From a virus, in the IMG/VR virus record IMGVR_UViG_3300035670_009638, positions 1-64,000 of that record: a stretch of 64,000 nucleotides of DNA. One strand, written 5' to 3'. The first letter of the stretch is position 1; every line of letters starts with the position of its first letter. Below, one piece after another: positions 8,109 to 18,215 of this stretch. Made by a program: the position numbers and the translations under genes. The notes under the pieces are model-generated. The model had not been told where the DNA came from. It worked only from the letters and a program-made list of their open reading frames with translations, and searched no databases.

Positions 8109-9269
8109 ATGAATTTGAAAGCGCTTAAGGAGAAACGAAACGACCTACTTAATCAAGCAGACGAGATTGTTAACGGTGCTGAAAAAGAGGTTCGTTCATT
8201 AACTCCAGAAGAAGAAAACAAGTTCACAGAACTTGAAAATGAAATCCGTGATTTAGATGAACAAATCAAAAAATTAGAAACCCGTCAATTCGACGGAGAA
8301 AAAATTGAAGACAAGATGGAGGAAAGAGACATGGATAAAAAAGAAAAAGAAATTCGTGGTTTGGAGCAATTCCTTCGTAAGCAAGAAGGCGAAGAAGTTC
8401 GTGAACTTCAAAAAACTGATATTGGTGGCGCAGTAATTCCAGAGAATGTTGAAGGTTCCATTGTTAATAAAATGGAAGAAACTTCACCTGTATTTGCTCG
8501 TGCACGTAAGTTCCCTTCTACTTCAGGTGCTTTAAAAATCGCTAAAGAAACTGCAGTAGATATTGCTGGTTTCGTTGGTGAAGGTGTCAATGTTGCAGAA
8601 GGTAAATTAAACCTAGCTGATGTTAAGTTAACTCAAAAACGTGTTGGTGCTGCTATTAGCTTGTCTAACCAATTCATTCACGATTCTGCTGTTAATATTG
8701 TTGATTACTCTGTAGGATTACTTTCTCGTCGTGCTGCGAAAGCTGTTGAGAAATCTATCCTTACTGGTGCTGGTGGAGATGAGTTCGTTGGTATTAAGGG
8801 TGCAGCTGGTATTGCTGAAGTTCCAGTAGAAGGCGCAGTAGCAATCGATCACCTACTTGACCTTTACAATGCAATCCATCCAGAATTCTTAGATGGTTCT
8901 GGTTTCATTATGAGCCGTGCTTTCTTCAACCAAGTTGCCAAGTTGAAAGATGGTAACAACCACTTCTACATGCAAAATGGTGTTGTTAACGGTAAGTTGA
9001 CTTACACTCTATTCGGTGCAGAAGTTATCGTAACTGATGTACTTGATAAAGGTGAAGTTGCTGGTGACGTTCCTGTTATCTTCGGTAACATTGAAGCTGC
9101 ATATGCTGTAATGATTAAGAAAGGATTCTCTTTACAGCATGTATCTGCCGATACTACTCAAGCTTTACGTGGTAGCCAATTACTTGTTCTTGATGGTTAC
9201 ATGGATGGAACTGTTTATAACGAACAAGCTCTTGCTAAATTGGTTATCGCCCCTGCTACTGTTGTTTAA
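8109..9269 (+). CDS. HK97-fold major capsid protein
   Basis: Coiled-coil delta domain, GGAVIPE, TLFGAEV, IFGN motifs; position in operon. Confidence 0.95.
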   Translation: MNLKALKEKRNDLLNQADEIVNGAEKEVRSLTPEEENKFTELENEIRDLDEQIKKLETRQFDGEKIEDKMEERDMDKKEKEIRGLEQFLRKQEGEEVRELQKTDIGGAVIPENVEGSIVNKMEETSPVFARARKFPSTSGALKIAKETAVDIAGFVGEGVNVAEGKLNLADVKLTQKRVGAAISLSNQFIHDSAVNIVDYSVGLLSRRAAKAVEKSILTGAGGDEFVGIKGAAGIAEVPVEGAVAIDHLLDLYNAIHPEFLDGSGFIMSRAFFNQVAKLKDGNNHFYMQNGVVNGKLTYTLFGAEVIVTDVLDKGEVAGDVPVIFGNIEAAYAVMIKKGFSLQHVSADTTQALRGSQLLVLDGYMDGTVYNEQALAKLVIAPATVV

Positions 9270-9299
9270 TTTTAACTAATCATGTGAGGTTATTCACAT

Positions 9300-9335
9300 A
9301 GGGAGAGGTTATTATACTTCTCCCTTTTATTTTTT
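9300..9335 (+). terminator. intrinsic terminator after the capsid gene
   Basis: GGGAGAGG/CTTCTCCC hairpin followed by a T-tract. Confidence 0.75.
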
Positions 9336-9384
9336 AAAAAGGATTAGTTAATAAAATAACAATTTTATAATTGGGGGTTATCAA

Positions 9385-9762
9385 ATGGCCTCAACTTCAA
9401 AACAAGTTACATTGTATAACTTCACTGATGCTATTGGATCAATTCATACAAGTGAAGACTATTACAGTGTAAATGTTTCAGTCGTTGCTGGTTATACTTG
9501 GCTTCGTCAAAAATGGGATTGGGTAATGGAACTTCAACGTTATGAAGGTGGAACATGGAAGACTATTGGTACTCGTACTGGTTATGTAGCATATCAAGAT
9601 GATTCCCACCGTACCTTCACAAACATTGCTAAAAAGAATGCTTCAATGAGAGTTAAAATTACTTTCCAACCTTACTTCTATTATTACGATACTGATGGTG
9701 GCCAAGGATGGGGCTACAACCGTGGACCATTCGTTCATTACTCAAGAACTTGGACTCGATAA
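9385..9762 (+). CDS. beta-rich aromatic protein, possible head decoration
   Basis: ORF with RBS, flanked by terminators, codon use like the capsid gene. Confidence 0.6.
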   Translation: MASTSKQVTLYNFTDAIGSIHTSEDYYSVNVSVVAGYTWLRQKWDWVMELQRYEGGTWKTIGTRTGYVAYQDDSHRTFTNIAKKNASMRVKITFQPYFYYYDTDGGQGWGYNRGPFVHYSRTWTR

Positions 9763-9816
9763 TCAAAAGACCTCTTCGGAGGTCTCCCCTTTTATTAATG
9801 AAAAGGAGGGAAAATA

Positions 9817-10041
9817 ATGGCTAGAGTTAGATTTTTACAGTCTGTAATTCTTATTTCTCATGGAAAAACGTTTGGATTTAATGACGAACTAGACATTCAA
9901 GATGAGAAATTGGTTGAAAATTTGGTTAAAAGTGGCCTTGTAGATGTTCTAAAAGAAGAGAAAAATGAGCCAAAACCAGCTAAAAAACCTCGAAAAAGAG
10001 CTCCAAAAAAGGCTGAAAATGAGGTAGAAAATGATGCTTAA
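9817..10041 (+). CDS. small head-region protein
   Basis: AAGGAGG RBS; typical small gene before the connector. Confidence 0.7.
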   Translation: MARVRFLQSVILISHGKTFGFNDELDIQDEKLVENLVKSGLVDVLKEEKNEPKPAKKPRKRAPKKAENEVENDA

Positions 10042-10339
10042 TGGAGTAAAAATTACTGAAATTGACTTAGATTTAGTCAAAGAATACCTTCGTATCGATC
10101 ATAATGATGACGATAAAATGTTATCTACAATGCTTATTGCAGCCAAATCTTTCATTCAATCTTATCTAAATAAGAGGTTTGAAGAATTTGATGAACTACC
10201 CGATGAATTTACAATTGCTTGTTTAGCAATAGTTTCTCACTGGTATGAAAAGCGTGAAATTCAAGGAGATAAAAATACTGGTAAGGAACTTTCATATATA
10301 TTTTCTGGCTTATTAGATCTGCACAGAAATTGGAACTAA
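10031..10339 (+). CDS. head-tail connector (gp6-like)
   Basis: VKEYLRIDHNDDD and SHWYEKRE motifs. Confidence 0.9.
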   Translation: MMLNGVKITEIDLDLVKEYLRIDHNDDDKMLSTMLIAAKSFIQSYLNKRFEEFDELPDEFTIACLAIVSHWYEKREIQGDKNTGKELSYIFSGLLDLHRNWN

Positions 10340-10359
10340 GTTAGAACGGAGGTTCCATT

Positions 10360-10677
10360 ATGAACCCAGGCAAATTGAATAAACGAGTAGAAATTATGGA
10401 ACTTGGTCAAGTGCCTGATGGTGGTGGAGGTTACGAAGATGCCTTCATTCCAATCAAAAAAGTTTGGGCCAATATAAGACCTGTTTATGGTAGAGAAAAA
10501 TGGCAAGCCCAACAAGCTCAAGCCGAAATATCTCACAAAGTTATTATTAGATATACCGATGCTATAAATCGTTCGCATATACTTTCTTTCAATGGTAAGA
10601 AATACGATATTCAATACATCATCAATATTGATGAGTCTAATAGATTCTTAGAAATTCAAGTACTGGAGAGACAGTAA
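10360..10677 (+). CDS. head closure protein (SPP1 gp16-like)
   Basis: MNPGKLNKRV, KVWANI, IRY motifs. Confidence 0.9.
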   Translation: MNPGKLNKRVEIMELGQVPDGGGGYEDAFIPIKKVWANIRPVYGREKWQAQQAQAEISHKVIIRYTDAINRSHILSFNGKKYDIQYIINIDESNRFLEIQVLERQ

Positions 10678-10678
10678 A

Positions 10679-11116
10679 ATGAGGATTGTTTACCAAATTG
10701 AAGGCGAACGTGAAACCATTAGAAACATCAATATGTTTGATATGGAAAAGAAAAAAGGTGCAATGACCATTGTAAGAAAGCATACAAACGCAGTTAGAAA
10801 AGCTGCCAAACAAAGAGTTCCAGTATCCCCTTCTAATCGAAAAAAATCTGCTGGTTCTCCAGGAGATTTGAAAAAATCTATCAGAGCCAAATATTACTAT
10901 CAAGGACTTGGTTCTATGGTTATGCCCGCAAAACCAAAAGGTTCTCACAGGCATTTAGTCGAGTATGGTACTAGAAATCGTTATCAAAGGAAAACCGGAA
11001 GATTTGTAGGAAGAAACAAACCACAACCATTTATGACCCCTGCTAAAAGATCTCAAGAGGCTTCCTATAATGCTTCTATGAGGCAGCTATTTGAAGGAGA
11101 CGAGACGATAGTATAA
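10679..11116 (+). CDS. HK97 gp10-like tail component
   Basis: GDLKKSI, HLVEYGT, PQPFMTPA motifs. Confidence 0.88.
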   Translation: MRIVYQIEGERETIRNINMFDMEKKKGAMTIVRKHTNAVRKAAKQRVPVSPSNRKKSAGSPGDLKKSIRAKYYYQGLGSMVMPAKPKGSHRHLVEYGTRNRYQRKTGRFVGRNKPQPFMTPAKRSQEASYNASMRQLFEGDETIV

Positions 11117-11132
11117 GAACTGAGGTGAAATA

Positions 11133-11531
11133 ATGGGTACTAGAATGTATGAGATTCAGCAAAAAGTTTTCTCCCTAATCGACAAAGACGAAAAGATTAA
11201 GAGTGCTACAAATGGTATTTACGATTATGTACCTGAAAAAACAAAAACCCCTTATATTACTTTTGGACCAATCATCTCAGATTCTGACGATACTAAAACC
11301 TCAGACGGTGAAATAGCTACTGTTACTTTGGATATTTGGTCGGAAAGTAAAGGTAGAAAAGAAACAGTAACTATTATAAATGTTATTGAAACTATATTAG
11401 AACAAAATGAAATTGAACTTGATACAGCTACACTTCTTTCCCAAAAAGTAACTCATCGAGAAGTCGAGGAAGAAAATTATGGTCTGTATCATGGTGTAAT
11501 TGATATCCAATTTAGAATTGTTTGGGATTAA
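11133..11531 (+). CDS. tail terminator (DUF3168 / gp17-like)
   Basis: IYDYVP..PYITFG and TLDIWS motifs. Confidence 0.88.
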   Translation: MGTRMYEIQQKVFSLIDKDEKIKSATNGIYDYVPEKTKTPYITFGPIISDSDDTKTSDGEIATVTLDIWSESKGRKETVTIINVIETILEQNEIELDTATLLSQKVTHREVEEENYGLYHGVIDIQFRIVWD

Positions 11532-11590
11532 CTTTTGAAGATCTGTTTTTAGGTCTTCTTTTTTTATTTCAAATTAGGAGGTTGTATAAC

Positions 11591-12010
11591 ATGGCTGGAA
11601 AAATTTCAGGTATGAAAGTCAAGTTATTTATTAAAGATGCAACAACTGGAAAAGTTCTTGCTGGTCAACGTAACGCTACATTAAACCGGAGTGCAGAAAG
11701 TATTGACGCCACAAGTAAGGATACTGAAGGATTTTGGCAAGAAAGTATTCAAGGTTTTAAGTCTTATTCCATTGATGCAGACGGTGCGTTCGTTCAAGAT
11801 GATGAAGCTTACAAAATCCTTGAAACTGCATTCTTAAATTCTGAAAACGTTGATGTGTATTTAGAGATGCCATCTGGAACTAAATACGAAGGAAACTGCA
11901 CTATCACAGACTTCAGTCTTGAGTTCCCATATGACGATCTCGTTACGTATTCAATTTCGCTCCAGGGGTCAGGCCCTCTTGCCACTATCCCTGCTCCAAC
12001 TGGAGTCTAA
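11591..12010 (+). CDS. major tail protein (TP901-1 family)
   Basis: LAGQRNATLNRSAESIDATSKD and VTYSISLQGSG motifs; start at ATG 11591 after AGGAGG. Confidence 0.92.
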   Translation: MAGKISGMKVKLFIKDATTGKVLAGQRNATLNRSAESIDATSKDTEGFWQESIQGFKSYSIDADGAFVQDDEAYKILETAFLNSENVDVYLEMPSGTKYEGNCTITDFSLEFPYDDLVTYSISLQGSGPLATIPAPTGV

Positions 12011-12079
12011 TCCATCTTTGGAGATTGGTAGTTTACCAGTCTCCCATTTATAATATCTCTAAAATAATAATACTTCTAA

Positions 12080-12108
12080 TTTACGGATTTCCATATATTG
12101 GATATAAT
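12080..12108 (+). promoter_or_regulatory. sigma-A promoter of the inserted endonuclease gene
   Basis: TTTACG-17-TATAAT. Confidence 0.7.
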
Positions 12109-12128
12109 TATATTAGAGGTGATTTATT

Positions 12129-13174
12129 ATGCTAGAAAAGGAAATAATTGAAATATTAACGAGTGAAAAAGACAAAACTATTATTGTAAATGGAAAACCA
12201 TTAACAGTATATAAATGTGATAGTTTTAAAGAAAACGTTTTATATTGCTGTTATATGCCGTCAAAGAAAATTGCCTATTTTGGAATAACAAATGATTTTC
12301 CTAGAAGAGACTTAAAACTCATCTTACAGAATTAAAGTTTGATGAAAAAAGAAATAAAAAAGGAAAAAGGACATTTTGGCAAAATTGCTATAATAAATAT
12401 GGAGAGCAATCATTTGAGTGGTATATTGTATATCAGAATAATGATTATAAAAAATTAGGTATAATAGAAAAATTTATTATTAATTACTATGATACCTATA
12501 TGAATAAAGGACAAGGATTCAATATCTCTGAAGGTGGATTTGGTGGAAATACTAAAGCTGGCTACACTGAAGAAGAACTAAACTCTTTTAAAGAAAAGTC
12601 ATCAAAACTAAAATCGCCTGAAATTATGGGTATTGAGAATTATAACAAATGGCGGAAGAGAATTTCCAAATCTCAAAAAGGAAAGAAGCTCTCGGATGAA
12701 ATTAAGAAAAAACAGTCTAAAGCCCTTAAAGGGAGAGTATTTTCTTTAGAGCATAGAAGAAAAATAGGAGAAAAAAATAAAGGAAAACAGCATTCAGAAG
12801 AATTTAGACAGAATCTTTCCAAAATAATGAAAGAAAAATATTCTAATGGAAAAGCTCCGTTTACTGGAAAACATCATACAGAAGAAAACAAAAAAAGATT
12901 ATCGGAAATTAGAAAAGAAAAATATACTGGAAAAAATCATCCAAGTTGTATTCCGATAGTTGTTATTAAAGACAATGAAGTTAAAGAGTTTTCCTACATA
13001 AACGAAGCAGCAACCTATTTTTTAGATAAAATTGATTTAAGCTTTGAATCAATTAGAAAAGGATTTGCTAAAATGTGTAAAGGTACATGGTCACCACCTA
13101 AAACAAGTAAACTTTATGGTTATTCTGCTATGTATCTAGAAGATTATAAAAAGTTAAATAAAAGACAAGCTTAA
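12129..13174 (+). pseudogene. GIY-YIG / NUMOD3 homing endonuclease, frameshifted
   Basis: VLY..AYFGITNDFPRR continues as LKTHLTELK...NKYGEQSFEW in the frame of ORF 12500..13174; extra GA in AGAAGAGA at ~12303-12310. Confidence 0.85.
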
Positions 13175-13246
13175 TCTAAAGCCTTTCACAAGGCTTTTTT
13201 TATTGGAATTCTTTACAATCTTATTCATCAATTGGAGGAATATAAA

Positions 13247-13558
13247 ATGAAAGCATCTGAAATCATTCGTACGGAGAAAAATTCTTATCGTTTCAAAATT
13301 AAATATTCAACTTTATGTGACCTTCGTGAAATGGGTGTCGATCTAATGAGTGAAAAAGGAAGCAAAGAGCTTCAAAATGACCCAACAAAATTCCGTTTAG
13401 TTTTCTGGAAAGGTTTAGAGGCTGGGGAAATGCGTAAATTCGAAAAAGAGGAAGCATTCGATATCTTTGACGAAGTTATGGAAGAAGTCGGTCCAGAAGA
13501 ATTCGCTGAGATTATTCCAAAGGCTCTTGCTATCAAAACTAAGCCATCAAAAAACTAA
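13247..13558 (+). CDS. tail assembly chaperone (gpG-like)
   Basis: Upstream of the tape measure gene; GGAGG RBS. Confidence 0.85.
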   Translation: MKASEIIRTEKNSYRFKIKYSTLCDLREMGVDLMSEKGSKELQNDPTKFRLVFWKGLEAGEMRKFEKEEAFDIFDEVMEEVGPEEFAEIIPKALAIKTKPSKN

Positions 13559-13890
13559 AAAAGGATAGCGACGAAGAAGAAGTCTTAACTCTTGATGAGT
13601 ATATAGAGAAATGCTTCTGTGTTGCTATCCTAGAACTCAGAATAACAAAAGAAGAATTTTTAGATTTGACTCCTTATGATTTTACCACATTAGTTGAACA
13701 TCACGGTCGAATGAAAAAGGATGAATACCAGGTTCTAAGAAATACAATTTACAATGCTGGTGTCAACCTATTAAGGAAGAAAAACCAGAGGGAAATTCCT
13801 CTGTTTAGTGAGGATCGTGAAAAAGAAGTGGATGAAAAACAAAAATTAATGGAAGAACGTGAATCATTATTTGGTGATATATCCAAGTAA
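13549..13890 (+). CDS. -1 frameshift extension of the tail chaperone (gpGT-like)
   Basis: Slippery A AAA AAC at 13549-13555; the -1 frame is open to 13890 (EFLDLTPYDF motif). Confidence 0.85.
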   Translation, partial: KKLKKDSDEEEVLTLDEYIEKCFCVAILELRITKEEFLDLTPYDFTTLVEHHGRMKKDEYQVLRNTIYNAGVNLLRKKNQREIPLFSEDREKEVDEKQKLMEERESLFGDISK

Positions 13891-13927
13891 TGCTTTTTAT
13901 TTTTTCTTTTGGGGGTGAATCAGAGGA

Positions 13928-16654
13928 ATGAGCTTAATAGTCAAGATTGGTGCCGATACTAGAAAATTCGATAAAGAAATGAGAAAACTTACTAAGGATA
14001 TTAACCAAGTAAGCAATAAGCTCGGAGATATCGGTAGGACAATGACTACTACTGTTACTGCCCCATTAGCTGGTGTAGGTGTTATTGCGGCTAAGACTGG
14101 TATGGAATTTGAGGCTGGAATGTCTAAGGTTGCAGCGACTTTAGGAACCACAACGGACAAGATTTCTGACCTTGAAGACTTAGCAAAAGAGATGGGTAGT
14201 ACTACTCGATTCTCTGCAACTGAAGCTGCAGAAGGTATTAACTACATGGCAATGGCTGGTTGGAAATCTGAACAAATCATGAAAGGTTTGCCAGCTGTAT
14301 TAAACTTAGCTGCTGCAGGTGGAATGGAACTAGGTGAAGCTTCAGATATCGTAACAGATGCTATGACTGGTATGGGTATTGGTGCTGATGGAGCTGAAGC
14401 ATTCGTTGATTTAATGGCCAAAACAGCTTCCAATGCCAACACTTCTGTACGAGATATGGGTTCCGCAATGATTCTTACTGCTGGTCAAGCCAACTCATTG
14501 GCAATTGAACAAAAAGACTTAGCTCTTGCAATTGGTCTTATGGCGAACGCTGGTTTCAAAGGTGAAATTGCTGGTCAGCATTTATCTTCTGGTATTCGAC
14601 AACTTGTTAACCCTACCAAGAAACAAAAAGAATACATGGAAAAATACGGTATCGCGATGCAAAAGAATGCTGATGGTGGATTAGATCTTGGTGCTACAAT
14701 GGAACACCTTCGTGATAAATTAACTGGTCTTGATAGAGTTACTCAAGCTCAAGTTATGTCTGTATTGCTTGGTGCAGATGCTCAAAAATCATGGTCTGCA
14801 ATTATTAATTCTTCTGAAACAGACTTCAATAACTTAAAAGATGCAATTTCTAACTCCGAGGGCGCAGGTAAACAAATGGCGGAAACAATGGGAAACAACC
14901 TTTCTGGTAGAATTACCGAGATGAAATCTGCTCTAGAAGGCGTCGCAATTCAAATATACGATTATTTGAAACCAGCACTTGAACAAATTGTTTCTTGGAT
15001 AACTAAAGCTGCTCAAGCCTTTGGAAATCTAAGTCCTAAAACTCAAGCATTTATTGTTTCTTTAGCAGCACTTCTTGCATCAGTGGGTCCACTGTTGGTT
15101 GCTTTTTCAACCATCTTAAAAATGATCGGATTTGTTAAAGGTGCATTTACTGCATTAGGTGTAGCATCCATGGGTGCTGTCGGAATATGGGTAGCTGTCG
15201 GTGTAGCTGTTGCTGCATTAGTTATGGCAATTATTTTCTATTGGGATGAAATAGTTGCTGCTACAAAAGCTGCTTGGGAATGGATTAAAGACTTCTTATC
15301 AGCATTATGGGATGGAATAGTTAGTGTTGCAAAAGCAGTTTGGGAACCAATATCCGAATTCTTCTCTGGATTATGGGAAGGTATTAAGTCTGTAACTGAA
15401 ACTGTCTGGAACGGAATCAAAGACTTCTTCTCTGAATGGGGATTAACAATATTAGCAGTAATCACCGGTCCTATTGGCTGGTTAGTAGGACTAATTGTTA
15501 AGTACTGGGATGAAATTAAAGCTGTAACAACCATTGTTTGGGTAGCTATTAAATCATTCTTAGGTTCAATTTGGAATGGAATAGTAGCAATCTTCTCCCC
15601 TATTTTCAACGGAATTGTAACTGTAATTCAAACAGTTTGGAACACTGTAAAGACAGTAACATCAGCAGTATGGAACTTTATTAAGCAATACTTGATTGCT
15701 TTATGGAATGCATTGATGTATTTCGTAAAACCAGTTTTTGATTCTATGATGAACAGCATTAAATCTGCGTGGGAAACTGTTAAAAATGTTTCCTCAAATA
15801 TTTGGAACGGAATTAAGAATTTCTTAAGTTCCATCTGGAACGGAATTAAGTCTGTTGCAACAACTGTATGGAATGCTATTAAATCGTTCTTTACATCTTG
15901 GTTAAATCAGACTAAATCAAATATGAGTTCAGTATGGAACACAATCAAAAGTGTAGTTTCAAATGTTTGGAACTCTATTAAATCCGTTGCTACTACTGTA
16001 TGGAATGCAATTAAAAACGCTGTCATGGGTCCTATCAATACTCTTAAATCAATGGCTACAAATGCATTTAATAGCTTGAAATCTTCAGTTTCTTCAATCT
16101 TCAATTCTATTAAATCGGTTGCCCTATCAATCTGGAATTCTGTTTATTCTTCAGTGACAAGTAAAGTGAATGCTCTTGTTAATGGAGTTAAGGGTGCTTT
16201 CAATGGATTGAAGTCAGCTGTTGTTGGTATTTGGAACGGTATTAAATCAGCTATTAAATCTGTTGTTAACGGAATTATTTCAATGATTAACAAATTCATT
16301 GGAGGATTTAACAAGCCTGCAGAGTTGTTAAACAAGATTCCTGGTGTTAATGCTCCTAAGATTCCGAAGATCCCTATGCTTGCAACTGGTGGTACTATCT
16401 TTGGTTCAGGTGCTGCAATCGTCGGTGAAGCTGGCCCAGAGTTAATCTCTAAATCTGGTTCACAAGTTAAGGTTACTCCTTTATCTGCACAAGAAAAAGC
16501 ACGTGGAATTTCTGGTGCTATTGGTGGTGGAGGTACATCGATTACTATCCAATCACTTGTTGTTCGTGAAGAAGCAGATATTGAGAAGATTGCTAGGGAA
16601 CTTAATAGAGTACAAGAAAGAGCTCAAAGAGCTTCAGGGAGGTTATCATTCTAA
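13928..16654 (+). CDS. tape measure protein
   Basis: TP901 core (TRFSATEAAEG), 11-residue W repeats, C-terminal VGEAGPE. Confidence 0.96.
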   Translation: MSLIVKIGADTRKFDKEMRKLTKDINQVSNKLGDIGRTMTTTVTAPLAGVGVIAAKTGMEFEAGMSKVAATLGTTTDKISDLEDLAKEMGSTTRFSATEAAEGINYMAMAGWKSEQIMKGLPAVLNLAAAGGMELGEASDIVTDAMTGMGIGADGAEAFVDLMAKTASNANTSVRDMGSAMILTAGQANSLAIEQKDLALAIGLMANAGFKGEIAGQHLSSGIRQLVNPTKKQKEYMEKYGIAMQKNADGGLDLGATMEHLRDKLTGLDRVTQAQVMSVLLGADAQKSWSAIINSSETDFNNLKDAISNSEGAGKQMAETMGNNLSGRITEMKSALEGVAIQIYDYLKPALEQIVSWITKAAQAFGNLSPKTQAFIVSLAALLASVGPLLVAFSTILKMIGFVKGAFTALGVASMGAVGIWVAVGVAVAALVMAIIFYWDEIVAATKAAWEWIKDFLSALWDGIVSVAKAVWEPISEFFSGLWEGIKSVTETVWNGIKDFFSEWGLTILAVITGPIGWLVGLIVKYWDEIKAVTTIVWVAIKSFLGSIWNGIVAIFSPIFNGIVTVIQTVWNTVKTVTSAVWNFIKQYLIALWNALMYFVKPVFDSMMNSIKSAWETVKNVSSNIWNGIKNFLSSIWNGIKSVATTVWNAIKSFFTSWLNQTKSNMSSVWNTIKSVVSNVWNSIKSVATTVWNAIKNAVMGPINTLKSMATNAFNSLKSSVSSIFNSIKSVALSIWNSVYSSVTSKVNALVNGVKGAFNGLKSAVVGIWNGIKSAIKSVVNGIISMINKFIGGFNKPAELLNKIPGVNAPKIPKIPMLATGGTIFGSGAAIVGEAGPELISKSGSQVKVTPLSAQEKARGISGAIGGGGTSITIQSLVVREEADIEKIARELNRVQERAQRASGRLSF

Positions 16655-18114
16655 TGGCTAAGTTTGGAGCAACAACTTTTGACGGAGTTCCTATCCCGAA
16701 CTTCGTCAAAATTAGAAATATTAGTCACACAATTCTTCCCCCAGTTCAACAAACATTGTTAACTATCAACGGAAGACCAGGTGCTTATGATTTTGGAAAT
16801 CAAATTGGCACCAGAGAAATAGAGATTGACATTATGATTATCGCTTCTGAGAAAAACATAATGCCATCTTTATTAAGTGAACTTTCAAGTTGGTTATATC
16901 ATGACGAACCAAAAGAATTAGTTCTTGGAGATAATCCAACAAAATATTATCTTGCCAAATTTACTGGTGACTCGCAAATTGGTGAAGAACTAAATTTAGG
17001 TCGAGGTACATTAAGGTTTATTTGTACTGATCCTTATATTTATCATCCAACTCGTTCGCTCTTAATTCCATATCCTTATGGTGGAGAAGAATTAGAATTA
17101 GTTAATACCGGAAACACAGACACATTTCCAACAATGAAGTTTGAGTTTACAAAAAACGTAAGCGCTTTCTCAGTTGTGTCTGGTGATGAATTTATTGATT
17201 TAGGCTCACCTTATGACATTTCTTCTCAAACCCCAGTTGATGCAAGTCCATATATTTTAAGAGACCAACTTACTACAACTACTGGTTGGACTACTGCCCC
17301 ATCTGTAACTTCTGGTTCAGTGTATGGAAGCTTTGAAGTTTACGGCTCTCATTGTTTTAGACAAGCTAACTTAGACTATGGAACTGCCACTGGTTGGAAA
17401 GGTGCTTCAACAATAAAAGCTTTATCTAATGCAGCTAAAGAATTTGAAGCAAAATTTTTCTTTAGATTAGACTCTAAGATTGCTTCTATGGGAAGGGTCC
17501 AATTCTATTTACAAGATGTTAATGGCTCAAATATTTTCTTACTTCAAATGCACGATGCTTGGGCTGGAAGTAAAAAAATAGACCATGTTGCTTATGCTAT
17601 CAATTCAAGTGGAGCTTCAACTAAAATCTCTAGCAAATCATTTGGTTCAAATATCTCTAGCTTCATCGGAATGATGAGATTAAGAAGAATTAAAAATGTG
17701 TTATACATTGATGTTTATTTAAGAGACTCAAATAAGAAATACAAACTCGTTCATTCAACTAAATACGGAGTTAAAAACAGCGATTGGCTAAGGGATATTA
17801 AACAAGTTCAGATTGCTGTTGGTGCTTATAGTTCGTATGAACCAGCATATATGGAACTTTGGGATGTTGTAGTTGTTAAAAAAGATGCAACTGTAAACGA
17901 AGAGACTGAAGTACCATATATCTTCCAAGCTGGTGATACTCTTGAAATTAATAATAAAACTGGTGCAATCTTAAAAAACGGTCTACCATTCTATGAATAT
18001 CTTAATCCTAATAGCACATTTATTAAATTAGGAAAAGGTAGTAATGGAATTGTAATTTCACCAAATGATTGTTTCCAAAATGGAGAAATAATCTATCAAG
18101 AAAGAACTCTATAA
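16654..18114 (+). CDS. distal tail protein (evolved Dit with inserted domain)
   Basis: FICTDPY and NTGNTDTFP motifs; follows the tape measure gene. Confidence 0.88.
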   Translation: MAKFGATTFDGVPIPNFVKIRNISHTILPPVQQTLLTINGRPGAYDFGNQIGTREIEIDIMIIASEKNIMPSLLSELSSWLYHDEPKELVLGDNPTKYYLAKFTGDSQIGEELNLGRGTLRFICTDPYIYHPTRSLLIPYPYGGEELELVNTGNTDTFPTMKFEFTKNVSAFSVVSGDEFIDLGSPYDISSQTPVDASPYILRDQLTTTTGWTTAPSVTSGSVYGSFEVYGSHCFRQANLDYGTATGWKGASTIKALSNAAKEFEAKFFFRLDSKIASMGRVQFYLQDVNGSNIFLLQMHDAWAGSKKIDHVAYAINSSGASTKISSKSFGSNISSFIGMMRLRRIKNVLYIDVYLRDSNKKYKLVHSTKYGVKNSDWLRDIKQVQIAVGAYSSYEPAYMELWDVVVVKKDATVNEETEVPYIFQAGDTLEINNKTGAILKNGLPFYEYLNPNSTFIKLGKGSNGIVISPNDCFQNGEIIYQERTL

Positions 18115-18128
18115 TAATTGCAAAAAAC

Positions 18129-18178
18129 TGTCAAAATCTGTCTAGAAATTGGGAGTTGTGTATATTTATTTATAGAGA
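18129..18178 (+). promoter_or_regulatory. second late promoter
   Basis: TGTC-N6-TGTCTAG.AATTGG.AG...TATATT, copy of 2697-2746. Confidence 0.65.
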
Positions 18179-18215
18179 TATAAAACTATTACTAATAGAA
18201 GGAGGCATTCGGTAA

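Noticed and set aside
14242-16335. Several antisense ORFs in the tape measure gene
   Set aside because: Shadow ORFs arising from codon bias; the same applies to those inside the topoisomerase, dnaE and recJ genes.
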